Part shown: positions 55,247-64,000 of the stretch, piece by piece
Position numbering within the stretch: position 1 is the first letter of the stretch
How the letters are laid out: each line of letters opens with the position of its first letter
Assembly (NCBI GenBank): GCA_963422375.2
Contig: OY729427.2
Location: 448,001 to 512,000, forward strand
Reading direction: 5' to 3'
Source: Bryobacterales bacterium
Lineage (GTDB): Bacteria > Acidobacteriota > Terriglobia > Bryobacterales > UBA6623
DNA: 64,000 nt
Made by a program: the position numbers and the translations under genes
Notes under the pieces: generated by a model
Databases searched by the model: none
What the model was told of the DNA's origin: nothing
What the model saw: only the letters and a program-made list of their open reading frames with translations

Positions 55247-56662
55247 ATGTTCGACAACCTCTCAGATAAGCTGCAGCGCGCATTCAAGAACCTGCGCGGA
55301 CAGGGGACCCTGACGGAGCAGCACGTCGAGGAAGGGCTGCGCGAGATCCGCCTGGCCCTGCTGGACGCAGACGTCAATTTCAGGGTCGTCACGCAGCTCA
55401 TCGCGGCCATCCGCGAGAAGGCGCTCGGCAAGCGGGTCATGACGGCGCTCTCGCCGGCCGAGCACATCGTCAAGATCGTCAGGGACGAGCTGGTCGAGCT
55501 GCTGGGCTCTCGTCCGACCAAGCTCAAGCGCGGGGCGACGCCGCCTTCCGTCTACTTCGTCGTCGGCCTGCAGGGCTCCGGCAAGACTACCTCGACCGGC
55601 AAGCTGGCTCTGTGGCTGTCCAAGCAGGGGCGCAAGCCGCTGCTGGTCTCCGTGGATGTCCACCGACCGGCCGCGCGCGAGCAGCTGGCGATCGTTGCCG
55701 GCCAGATCGCGCAGCCGGTCTATCGGGGGGCGGACGGCGAGAATCGGCCCGCGGAGCTGGCCATGGGCGCGCTTCGCGAGGCTCGCCAGGCCGGGCGGGA
55801 CACGGTCTTGATTGACACCGCCGGGCGGCTGCACATCGACGATGCGCTGATGGCCGAGCTGGAGGATCTCAAGGCCAGGCTCAGTCCGGTCGAGACGCTG
55901 TTCGTCGCCGACGCGATGACCGGCCAGGACGCGGTCAAGTCGGCAGCCGAGTTCCACGAGCGCATCGCGCTCACCGGCGTCGTGCTCAGCAAGATGGACG
56001 GCGACGCGCGCGGCGGCGCCGCGCTCTCGATCCGCCAGGCCACGGGGTGCCCGATCAAGTTTCTCGGGATCGGCGAGAAGCCGAGCGCCTTCGAGGTGTT
56101 CCATCCGGACCGCATCGTGTCGCGGCTGCTGGGCATGGGTGACATGCTCACCCTGATCGAGAAGGTCGAAGAGGAGGTGGACCAGAAGCATTCGCTCGAT
56201 ATCCAGGAGCGCCTGCTGAAGGACCGCTTCACGCTGGCCGACTTCCTCGCGCAGCTGCGCCAAGTCCGCAAGCTCGGGTCGCTGAAGTCGATTCTGGACA
56301 TGCTTCCCAACGCGGGCCCGTTCCAAGGGGTCCAGGAGGCGGACATCGACCCCAAGGCGCTCGCGCGCACCGAAGCGATCATCAATTCCATGACCGCCGA
56401 GGAGCGCGCCGACGACAGCCTCCTCAACGGGAGCCGGAGACAGCGGGTCGCGGCCGGCAGCGGGACGACGGTGCAGCAGGTCAACGAAGTGCTCAAGCAA
56501 TACCGCCATGCCAAGCAGGCGATGCGCGGCATGGTGGCGTCGGCGACCGGACCCAAGCACGGCGGCGGCAGCCGCAAGCGCAAGAAGAACCGGAAGGTCA
56601 AGCGCAGGAAGAGAGCCCGGGCGCGTGGTGCCGGTGCGAGGGCGACGGCCCCGGCAACATGA
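55247..56662 (+). CDS. ffh: Signal recognition particle protein
   Basis: MFDNLSDKL, GLQGSGKTT, DTAGR and DGDARGGAALS. Confidence 0.97.
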   Translation: MFDNLSDKLQRAFKNLRGQGTLTEQHVEEGLREIRLALLDADVNFRVVTQLIAAIREKALGKRVMTALSPAEHIVKIVRDELVELLGSRPTKLKRGATPPSVYFVVGLQGSGKTTSTGKLALWLSKQGRKPLLVSVDVHRPAAREQLAIVAGQIAQPVYRGADGENRPAELAMGALREARQAGRDTVLIDTAGRLHIDDALMAELEDLKARLSPVETLFVADAMTGQDAVKSAAEFHERIALTGVVLSKMDGDARGGAALSIRQATGCPIKFLGIGEKPSAFEVFHPDRIVSRLLGMGDMLTLIEKVEEEVDQKHSLDIQERLLKDRFTLADFLAQLRQVRKLGSLKSILDMLPNAGPFQGVQEADIDPKALARTEAIINSMTAEERADDSLLNGSRRQRVAAGSGTTVQQVNEVLKQYRHAKQAMRGMVASATGPKHGGGSRKRKKNRKVKRRKRARARGAGARATAPAT

Positions 56663-56721
56663 GTCTGGGCGGGCTGCTAGGTCGCTAACGCCGCCAGGGT
56701 TGGATAGTTTCGGAGGAATGG

Positions 56722-57147
56722 ATGGTTGCAATACGCCTGTCACGGACCGGGGCGAAGAAGAGGCCCAGCTATCGCGTCGTGGTGATCGACAATCGTCGCG
56801 CGCGGGATAGCAGGAACATCGAGATCGTGGGCCACTACAATCCCCGGCCCGACCCGATCGAAATCGTGCTGAAGCGCGACAGGATCGACTACTGGCTCGG
56901 GGTCGGCGCACAGCCGTCCAAGACCGTCAAGCGCCTTGTCGAGCACTTCGACCTGCGCTTCCCGCCCGTTGCGGAGGAATCCCCCGAGGAAGCTGCCGAG
57001 GCCGTCGCCGAAGTAGCAGAGCCGGAGACCCCGTCGAGGGTGGCGGCCCAGGCGGTGCCGCTGCAGCCCGGACAGCCTACCGACGGCGAACAGGGCGAGG
57101 ACTGGCCGGACGACGAGGACATCGAAATCCCGGAGGACGCCGGCTGA
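56722..57147 (+). CDS. rpsP: 30S ribosomal protein S16 with an acidic C-terminal extension
   Basis: MVAIRLSRTGAKKRPSYRVVV and GAQPSKTV. Confidence 0.96.
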   Translation: MVAIRLSRTGAKKRPSYRVVVIDNRRARDSRNIEIVGHYNPRPDPIEIVLKRDRIDYWLGVGAQPSKTVKRLVEHFDLRFPPVAEESPEEAAEAVAEVAEPETPSRVAAQAVPLQPGQPTDGEQGEDWPDDEDIEIPEDAG

Positions 57148-57253
57148 GCGAGGGAACCACGACTCGGCGCGAGCGAGCGGGGCCTCCGGTCACGAACCGC
57201 TCGGGAGCAAGCGCGCGGCGAGGCAGACCCGATTCGCATGGTATCGGAACGCA

Positions 57254-57526
57254 ATGGAGGAACGAGTCATGGGCCAAGACACGGATTCGGTGCTCGAGCT
57301 GGTAGAGGTGATCGCGAAGTCCTTGGTCGACGTGCCGGGCGAGGTTGCCGTGGAGGCCGTCGACGGCAACCAGAGCTGCGTCGTGGAGCTTTCGGTGCAT
57401 CCTTCGGATCTCGGCAAGATCATCGGCAAGAAGGGCAGGACGGCCAAGTCAATCCGCACGCTCCTAGGAGCCGTGAGCATGAAGCAAAACCACCGTTACA
57501 CCCTGGAGATTCTCGAGGAGCGGTGA
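57254..57526 (+). CDS. khpA: KH-domain RNA-binding protein
   Basis: DLGKIIGKKGRTAKSIR; conserved position between rpsP and rimM. Confidence 0.92.
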   Translation: MEERVMGQDTDSVLELVEVIAKSLVDVPGEVAVEAVDGNQSCVVELSVHPSDLGKIIGKKGRTAKSIRTLLGAVSMKQNHRYTLEILEER

Positions 57527-57553
57527 CGGACGGGCCTCTGGCGAGACGCTGCC

Positions 57554-58096
57554 GTGCCGAAGAAGGAGGAGTCGGAGTACATTACGCTGGCTAGGATCAT
57601 CCGCCCGCGCGGCAACAAGGGCGAAGTGGCCGCGGAGAATCTCGCTGCAGACCTCCGCTGCTTCAAGCCGGGACGCAAGGTTCACGTGGTCCTGCCGGGC
57701 CGGGCTAGGCTCGAACTCGAGATCAGCCGAGCTTGGAGGCACAAGGGCCGCCTGATCCTAGGTTTCGCCGGGCTCTCGACGATCTCGGAGGCGGAACTCT
57801 TGCGGCAGGCAGATGTGCAAATCGCGAAGGAGGCATTGGGACCTCCGCCGGACGGCCAGTTCCTCTTCGACGACTTGACAGGCTGCAAGGTAGTTGACGA
57901 GGTAACCGGGGGCATGCATGGACTGGTCGCGAACATCTACGAGCCCCCGGGCGGAGTGCTGCTCTTCTCGGTGGTTGACAGTGACGGCAAGGAGCTCCTC
58001 GTGCCGTTCGCGAACGAAATCTGCAGGGACGTGGACATCGAGGGGAAGCGGATTCTGGTGCGCCTGCCCGAGGGAATGGAAGAGCTGAAGGCTTGA
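57554..58096 (+). CDS. rimM: Ribosome maturation factor
   Basis: RPRGNKGEV, DDLTGC and LLVPF..VDIE; operon position. Confidence 0.92.
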   Translation: MPKKEESEYITLARIIRPRGNKGEVAAENLAADLRCFKPGRKVHVVLPGRARLELEISRAWRHKGRLILGFAGLSTISEAELLRQADVQIAKEALGPPPDGQFLFDDLTGCKVVDEVTGGMHGLVANIYEPPGGVLLFSVVDSDGKELLVPFANEICRDVDIEGKRILVRLPEGMEELKA

Positions 58097-58097
58097 C

Positions 58098-58841
58098 GTG
58101 CGATTCCATATCGTCACGATCTTCCCGGAATTCTTCCGGGGGCCGTTCTCGTGCGGCCTGCTGGCGCGCGCACGGAGGTCCGGCTTGGTGGAGATCGCCG
58201 TTCACGACCTGAGGGACTGGACTACGGACATGCATCGCACGGTGGACGACAGGCCCTTCGGGGGCGACGAGGGCATGGTTCTTAAGGTCGGGCCGATCGA
58301 CGCGGCGCTCAGGGCCGTCTCGGAGCAGTTCTGCGAGGGACCGCCGCGGACGATCCTGCTCTCGGCTCAGGGCCGACTGTTCGACCAGTCCGTCGCCGCA
58401 CGGCTGGCCCGGCTGGACGAGGTGGTGCTTGTCTGCGGACGGTACGAGGGAGTCGACGAGAGAGTGGCGCAGCATCTTGCCGACGAAGAGCTTTCGATAG
58501 GCAGCTACGTGCTAAGCGGAGGCGAGTGGGCGGCCGGCGTGGTGGTGGACAGCGTGTCCAGGCTGTGCCCCGGCTTCGTGGGCAACGCGGCATCGACGGT
58601 GCGCGAGTCCTTCGCGCCGCTGGACCGCGGAGTTGGAATCCTCGATTGCCCGCAATACACGCGCCCCGCCAGTTACGAATCGGCGTCGACGGAAGGGGCT
58701 TCCTGGGACGTTCCCGAGGTGCTGCTGAGCGGGCATCACGAGCGGGTCGCGCAGTGGCGCCACGAGGCGGCGATGAACAAGACGCGCGCCAACCGGCCGG
58801 ACCTCTTGCCCGGGCAGGCGGCGCGGCGCGCGAAGGCTTAG
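58098..58841 (+). CDS. trmD: tRNA (guanine37-N1)-methyltransferase
   Basis: TIFPEFF, VDDRPFGG, CGRYEGVDER and SIGSYVLSGGE. Confidence 0.97.
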   Translation: MRFHIVTIFPEFFRGPFSCGLLARARRSGLVEIAVHDLRDWTTDMHRTVDDRPFGGDEGMVLKVGPIDAALRAVSEQFCEGPPRTILLSAQGRLFDQSVAARLARLDEVVLVCGRYEGVDERVAQHLADEELSIGSYVLSGGEWAAGVVVDSVSRLCPGFVGNAASTVRESFAPLDRGVGILDCPQYTRPASYESASTEGASWDVPEVLLSGHHERVAQWRHEAAMNKTRANRPDLLPGQAARRAKA

Positions 58842-58892
58842 AGGCGCATTCCGGTAGCGGAGAGCGGCAGCGGAACAATTGGAGAGTCGATC

Positions 58893-59246
58893 ATGCAGAA
58901 CGCACTTATCGAAAGGGTCGAACAGGCCTATCGCAAGCCCTCCGTGGCGCAGCTGGAGCCGGGCGACCAGATCAGGGTTCACGTCAAGATCAAGGAAGGC
59001 GAGAAGGAGCGCATCCAGATCTTCGAGGGCATCCTGCTGGCACGCAACAATCCGGGCATCCGGGAAACGATCACCGTGCGCAAGGTCAGCTTCGGGCTAG
59101 GCGTGGAGCGCATCTTCCCGCTGCACTCGCCGATTATCGACAAGATCGAGGTGGTCAAGCGCAACAAGGTGCGGCGGGCCAAGCTGTACTACCTGCGCAA
59201 GCTGAGAGGCAAGGCAGCCCGGCTCAAGGAACGGTCCCGGCGATAG
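58893..59246 (+). CDS. rplS: 50S ribosomal protein L19
   Basis: [20 protein letters not shown] and [10 protein letters not shown]. Confidence 0.98.
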   Translation: MQNALIERVEQAYRKPSVAQLEPGDQIRVHVKIKEGEKERIQIFEGILLARNNPGIRETITVRKVSFGLGVERIFPLHSPIIDKIEVVKRNKVRRAKLYYLRKLRGKAARLKERSRR

Positions 59247-59863
59247 CGGGACGACTGGGCGCGGGCGAGGCTTCGCGCAGCCCCCGCCGGATCGTTCCCC
59301 AATGGACCTCGCGGGCGGCCGCCCCGCGCCACGAGCGCTCTTCCAGCGCTAGAGCTCATTCCGCATCCAGGCGCGCCCCGGGGGACTGGAAGTACGAATG
59401 GACTCGAAGGACCACCGATCACCCGCCAACTGCGTGGCGCAGCGTCGGAGCCACCGGGAACCGCGCACAGGAGCCGGCGAGCCATGCCCGAGTGGCGGAC
59501 GGACTCCCTTGCAGCTGCCGTTGGCCGCCAACCCAGCTCCGGGTGCGGGCCGGGGCCTCTGCACCTAGTGTCCGCACCTTCGCCGAAGATGCCTCCACGT
59601 AGCTCATCATCCTGCTGGACTCGTCGCAACAGGCACTCGCGCTACATCCCCTATGAGCTGATTACGGCAAGCCCGAACCCGAATTTCGACCAGACGCCGC
59701 AACACGTTACAACATGCGCTCAACGGGCGCTGGGTCGCGAGCGCCCAAGGTCTGTTGCATGATCGCTCCGAGGCCAGCGCACTGGCCTGCGCCTAATCAT
59801 TCGCTAGCGCTCATCCGACGTGGACGCCCAAGCGCGACACAGGGACGGCATGGCGACAAGCGT

Positions 59864-60682
59864 CTATAGACTGCGCAGGCTGAAGCCCCCGTCCACGCCG
59901 AGAACCTGACCGGCCGAGTAGTCCAGACCGCCGTCGGCGATCGCTCGAACAGCCCTAGCAACGTCCTCCGGCCTGCCGAGGCGCTCCTGGGGCAGCAGTC
60001 CGTCCGCGGCCAGCCTTCTGTATCTCGCAAGAACCGGCGCGACCATGTCGGTCTCTATGATCCCGGGCCGGATCTCGAACACGCCAAGGCCCTCGCCCGC
60101 CAGCCGAGTCGCGAACAACTGCGCCGCCATGCTCAGACCGGCCTTGGACACGCAGTACTCGCCGCGGTTCGTCGAAGCCGTGTAGGACGAAATCGAGGTG
60201 ATGAACACGATGCGTCCGGCCTTTTGCTTCAGCATCGCGTTCGCCACGGCCTGCGTCAGGAAGTAGGGCCCGCGGAGATTGGTCTCCATCACCTCGTCGA
60301 AGCTCCGCTCGGTTGCGAAGAGGATATCGTTCCTTTCGCGGGGAGCTATGCCGGCGTTGTTGATAAGCAGGTCAATCCGTCCGTATTCGCCCAGGACGTG
60401 TTCCACGAGCGCTTCGCGATCAGATCCGGCCCTGACGTCCAGACGGAAGATCGCGGCGCCGCACTGCTCGCGCAGGCTCTCGGCCGCCCGCAGGTTCCCT
60501 CTGTACGTGCCTAGCACGCGGTGGGTCCGCGCCAAGTCAATCGCGATCGCCCGGCCGATGCCGCGGCTGGCGCCCGTCACTATGGCGACGGGCCTGGCGT
60601 CATTCGCGGCTGCGCGGCCGGATCGTCCGTCCGCGGTCGGCATCGAGGTTGCTCCCATGCAAGCGGTCATGCGCCCTGTCAC
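59864..60682 (-). CDS. Short-chain dehydrogenase/reductase (3-ketoacyl-ACP reductase-like)
   Basis: TGASRGIG, NNAG and YCVSK; start uncertain. Confidence 0.92.
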   Translation of the reverse strand: MTGRMTACMGATSMPTADGRSGRAAANDARPVAIVTGASRGIGRAIAIDLARTHRVLGTYRGNLRAAESLREQCGAAIFRLDVRAGSDREALVEHVLGEYGRIDLLINNAGIAPRERNDILFATERSFDEVMETNLRGPYFLTQAVANAMLKQKAGRIVFITSISSYTASTNRGEYCVSKAGLSMAAQLFATRLAGEGLGVFEIRPGIIETDMVAPVLARYRRLAADGLLPQERLGRPEDVARAVRAIADGGLDYSAGQVLGVDGGFSLRSL

Positions 60683-62109
60683 GCTAGGACGGAATCCACG
60701 ATCTCGCCGTGGACGTCCGTCAAGCGGAAGTGACGTCCCTGATACTTGAACGTCAGCTTCTTGTGATCCACCCCCATGAGGTGCAGGATCGTCGCGTGCA
60801 GGTCAGGCACGCTCACCGGATTCTCGGCGATGTTGTAGGAAAAGTCGTCCGTCGAGCCGTGCGTGACCCCGCCGCGGATCCCCCCGCCGGCAAGCCAGAT
60901 CGAAAAGCATCTCGGATGATGGTCCCGACCGTAATCCTCGGCAGTCAGCTTGCCCTGGCAGTACACGGTCCGGCCAAATTCCCCGCCCCACACCACAAGC
61001 GTGTCGTCGAGCAGTCCCCGCTGCTCTAGATCCTTCACCAAGGCGGCCGACGCCTGATCGGTCTGGCCGCATTTCTCTGCCAGCCGGTTCGGCAGGTTGC
61101 CGTGATGGTCCCAGCCGCGATGGAAGAGCTGCACGCAGCGGACGCCTCGCTCGACCAGCCGCCTCGCCAGAAGGCAATTGCTGGCATAGGAACCAGGCTT
61201 GCGCGAGTCCTCGCCGTACATCTCGAACACGTGATCGGGCTCGGACGAGAGGTCGGTAAGCTCCGGCACAGACGCCTGCATCCGGTAAGCCATCTCGTAC
61301 TGCGCGATCCGATTCTCGATTTCCGGATCCCCGTACTCGCCCAAGCGGACCCTGTTCATCGCCGCGAGGCTGTCGAGATAGTGCCGGCGGTCCTCTCGCG
61401 TGAATCCGCCCGGGTCGTTCAGGTACAGTACGGGCTCGCGGCCCGCGCGGAACTTCACCGCTTGGTAGCGCGTCGGGAGGAACCCGCTTCCCCACAGCCG
61501 CGAGTAGAGCGGCTGGCCGCCGCTGCCTTGCGAAACCATCACGACGAAGGCGGGCAGGCTCTTGCTCTCGCTGCCGAGCCCGTAGGACAGCCAAGAACCG
61601 AGGCTCGGGCGCCCGGCCAGCTGATGGCCCGTCTGGAGATAGGTGATCGCGGGGTCGTGGTTGATCTGCTCCGTATGCATCGAGCGGATCACGGCGATCC
61701 TGTCGGCGATCGAAGCGATCTGCGGGATTAGCTCGCTGAATTCCTGGCCGGAGTCGGTCCGCGAGAACCGGAAGCGCGACGGAGCCACAGGGAAGTTCGC
61801 CTGCGCCGCCGTCATCCCTGTCAGGCGTTGGCCGCCTCGGACCGAATCGGGCAGCTCCGTCCCTTGGCGCTCCCGCAGGCCGGGCTTGGGGTCGTACAGG
61901 TCCATCTGCGACGGGCCACCCGACTGGAAGAGATAGATGACCCGCTTCGCCCGCGGCGAGCGGTGCGGCAGCCCGGGCAAGCCCGGCTGCCCCTGCGCCG
62001 CGCCGAGGTCCTCGGCCAGCAGGCCGGCTAGGGCGGCCGCTCCAAGTCCGCCGGCAGAGCGCGAGAGCAGCTGCCTGCGCGTCAGACCGAGCTGGTCTTC
62101 GAAGGTCAT
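60679..62109 (-). CDS. DUF1501 domain protein with Tat signal
   Basis: TRRQLL, GGPSQMDLYDPKP, GWDHH, GEFGRT and GRDHHP. Confidence 0.92.
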   Translation of the reverse strand: MTFEDQLGLTRRQLLSRSAGGLGAAALAGLLAEDLGAAQGQPGLPGLPHRSPRAKRVIYLFQSGGPSQMDLYDPKPGLRERQGTELPDSVRGGQRLTGMTAAQANFPVAPSRFRFSRTDSGQEFSELIPQIASIADRIAVIRSMHTEQINHDPAITYLQTGHQLAGRPSLGSWLSYGLGSESKSLPAFVVMVSQGSGGQPLYSRLWGSGFLPTRYQAVKFRAGREPVLYLNDPGGFTREDRRHYLDSLAAMNRVRLGEYGDPEIENRIAQYEMAYRMQASVPELTDLSSEPDHVFEMYGEDSRKPGSYASNCLLARRLVERGVRCVQLFHRGWDHHGNLPNRLAEKCGQTDQASAALVKDLEQRGLLDDTLVVWGGEFGRTVYCQGKLTAEDYGRDHHPRCFSIWLAGGGIRGGVTHGSTDDFSYNIAENPVSVPDLHATILHLMGVDHKKLTFKYQGRHFRLTDVHGEIVDSVLA

Positions 62110-62112
62110 GGT

Positions 62113-64000
62113 CTACTCCCTCGTGATGGTCTCGTCGAGATTGAGCAGCATGCTGGCCACCGCGGTGTAGGCTGCCAGTACCGGCGCTTCGAGAGACTCG
62201 TCAAGCGCGTACTCGCCGGACGAGAGATACCGCGCGGCGTCTTCGGGCTTGGTGCTGTAGCGGTCCCGGTAGTGGTTCAGGCTGGCGCGGAGAATGCCTG
62301 CCTCCGCGCCGCGCGGCGGCCTCGCGGTGGCCAGCAGGAATCCGTACGCCAAGCGATTCTCGTCGGTGTCGCCGCCCTCGTGCAGCATCCGCCCCGCGAA
62401 GAGCCTCGCGGCCTCGCCGTAGGTGGGATCGTTCATCAGGTTGAGCGCTTGGACGGGCGTGTTGGTCCGCACTTCGCGCACGACGCAGGTCTCCCGCGGC
62501 GCGGCGTCGAACGCCAGCATCGCGGGCGGCCCGAGGGTCCTCTTCCAGTAGGTGTACAAGCTGCGACGGTACAGGTCGCCGCCACGGTCGTGCTTGTACG
62601 CACCCCAGTTGGAAAGCTCCTTCCACAGGCCGCCGGGCTGGTAGGGCTTGACGGACGCGCCCCCGAGGTCGGGCGTCAGCAGACCGGCGATAGCCAGGGC
62701 CTGGTCGCGAATCGACTCCGCCGGGAGGCGCTCGCGAGGCGCGCGGGCAAGCAGCAGGTTCTCCGGATCGCGTTCGAGCGCCTGCGGCGTGACCTTGGAC
62801 GACTGGCGGTAGGTGGCGCTCGTCACGATCTTCCGCAGCAGGCCCTTGACGTCCCAGCCGCTCTCGACGAACTCCGCGGCAAGCCAGTCCAGCAAGTCCG
62901 GATGCGTGGGCGCGGCCCCCTGCGATCCGAAGTCCTCCACCGTCGCGACGATCCCGCGCCCGAACAGCATCTGCCAGAAGCGGTTCACCGTCACCCGCGC
63001 GGTGAGGGGATGCGAGGGATCGGTGAGCCAGTGCGCCAGTCCCAGCCGGTTGTTCGGCAGGCCTGCTGGCAGCGGCGGCAGGGCAGCGGGCAGGCCCGGG
63101 GCGACCCGCTCGCGGGGAGCGTCGAACGCCCCCCGGTACAATACGTGCGTCGGGCGCACCTCGCTGCGCTCCTGCATGACCATCACGGTCGGGAGCGATG
63201 CGACGAAGTCCTCCCGCTCGAGGCGCGTCGCACGCAGCCGCTCCCACGCGGCGGACTCCCTCCCGGGGGCGGACGTCTCGAGATACGCCCAGCGCAGCTT
63301 GCGGTGCTGGGCGGCGGTGCGCGCCTGGCGGGGCAGCTCGGCGATCTCGCCCGGGACCTCCCGAACGGCCAGGACGGCCGCCTCCAATTCGCTCACAGCG
63401 CGCTGGTAGACCCTCGCCTCGTCGATCGCACCGCGGAACCGGTCGGCCGGGCCGGGCCCGTGGCCGATCCGCAGAGGCGCGGCCGACCGCGTGGAGTTGA
63501 GGGACTCGTCCACCAGAGACCTCGACGGGACCCTCCTGCCGTTGACGTAGATCCGCATTCCGCTGGTCGCACGGGTGCCGTCGTAGACTCCCGCAACGTG
63601 CGTCCACTCGGCCGTCGGCAACGCAGCCACGGACTCGATGCGCATGCGGTCGGAAATGCTGCTCGTGTCGATTCGAAGCTGCAGCTTGCCGTCGACCAGA
63701 AACAGCCCGAAGCCCTTGGGCCCGGCCGGGGCATAGCGAGAGACGATACCGCCGGTGCCGGCCTCCGGGCGAATCCAAGCCGAGAGCGTGAACGGGTCGT
63801 AGAAGTCGAGGTCGGCCAAGTCGCCGAGGCTGACGTAGCGCTTGCCGTCAAGCACCAAGGCCCCGTTCCCGCCGGCCATCTCGGCTCCGCCCGTCCGGTC
63901 GAACGCACGACGCGCCACCAGGCGCTCGGCATAGGCCCACTGGTCGAGCTCATCCGACGGGCCGAGGAAGGCAAGCCCCCGCTCGATCTCGCGGTCGCCG
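62113..64000 (-). CDS. DUF1553 (PSD1) plus LamG-domain protein of the planctomycete cytochrome-c type, 5'-partial
   Basis: Frame open to the window end; LamG-like segment, then NRLGLAHWL..HPLTARVTVNRFWQ, HPDLLDWLA, YRRSLYTYWKR and TNTPVQAL. Confidence 0.9.
   Translation of the reverse strand, partial: GDREIERGLAFLGPSDELDQWAYAERLVARRAFDRTGGAEMAGGNGALVLDGKRYVSLGDLADLDFYDPFTLSAWIRPEAGTGGIVSRYAPAGPKGFGLFLVDGKLQLRIDTSSISDRMRIESVAALPTAEWTHVAGVYDGTRATSGMRIYVNGRRVPSRSLVDESLNSTRSAAPLRIGHGPGPADRFRGAIDEARVYQRAVSELEAAVLAVREVPGEIAELPRQARTAAQHRKLRWAYLETSAPGRESAAWERLRATRLEREDFVASLPTVMVMQERSEVRPTHVLYRGAFDAPRERVAPGLPAALPPLPAGLPNNRLGLAHWLTDPSHPLTARVTVNRFWQMLFGRGIVATVEDFGSQGAAPTHPDLLDWLAAEFVESGWDVKGLLRKIVTSATYRQSSKVTPQALERDPENLLLARAPRERLPAESIRDQALAIAGLLTPDLGGASVKPYQPGGLWKELSNWGAYKHDRGGDLYRRSLYTYWKRTLGPPAMLAFDAAPRETCVVREVRTNTPVQALNLMNDPTYGEAARLFAGRMLHEGGDTDENRLAYGFLLATARPPRGAEAGILRASLNHYRDRYSTKPEDAARYLSSGEYALDESLEAPVLAAYTAVASMLLNLDETITRE

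Overview
High-GC bacterial chromosome window whose gene content (DUF1501/DUF1553 proteins, many Tat-signal enzymes, carboxypeptidase-domain TonB receptor) suggests Acidobacteriota (Bryobacterales-like); this taxonomy is an inference. Core genes: holA, rpsT, gldA, miaB, lepB, carAB, purH, ffh-rpsP-khpA-rimM-trmD-rplS, tRNA-Gly(CCC) and tRNA-Arg(ACG). Accessory or decaying material: three IS5/IS1182-like copies, two IS1595 (ISXO2-type) copies, a 255-bp MITE, a decayed AbiEii-type toxin-antitoxin pair with a pentapeptide-repeat fusion, two sulfatase remnants, a broken two-component system and a low-GC BsuBI/PstI-type R-M locus with a frameshifted nuclease. Main highlights: (1) a peroxiredoxin split by the ORF caller is very likely a selenoprotein, with UGA at the peroxidatic position and a downstream SECIS-like hairpin; (2) a stand-alone, doubly membrane-anchored CobN-family chelatase near a TonB receptor/DUF3386 operon with two Fur-family-like boxes, a candidate tetrapyrrole/metal acquisition system; (3) a three-element IS stack bounded by one 8-bp target duplication that splits a histidine kinase; (4) IS copies that decay almost only through AT-to-GC changes. 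All calls are by eye from motifs; no searches were run.
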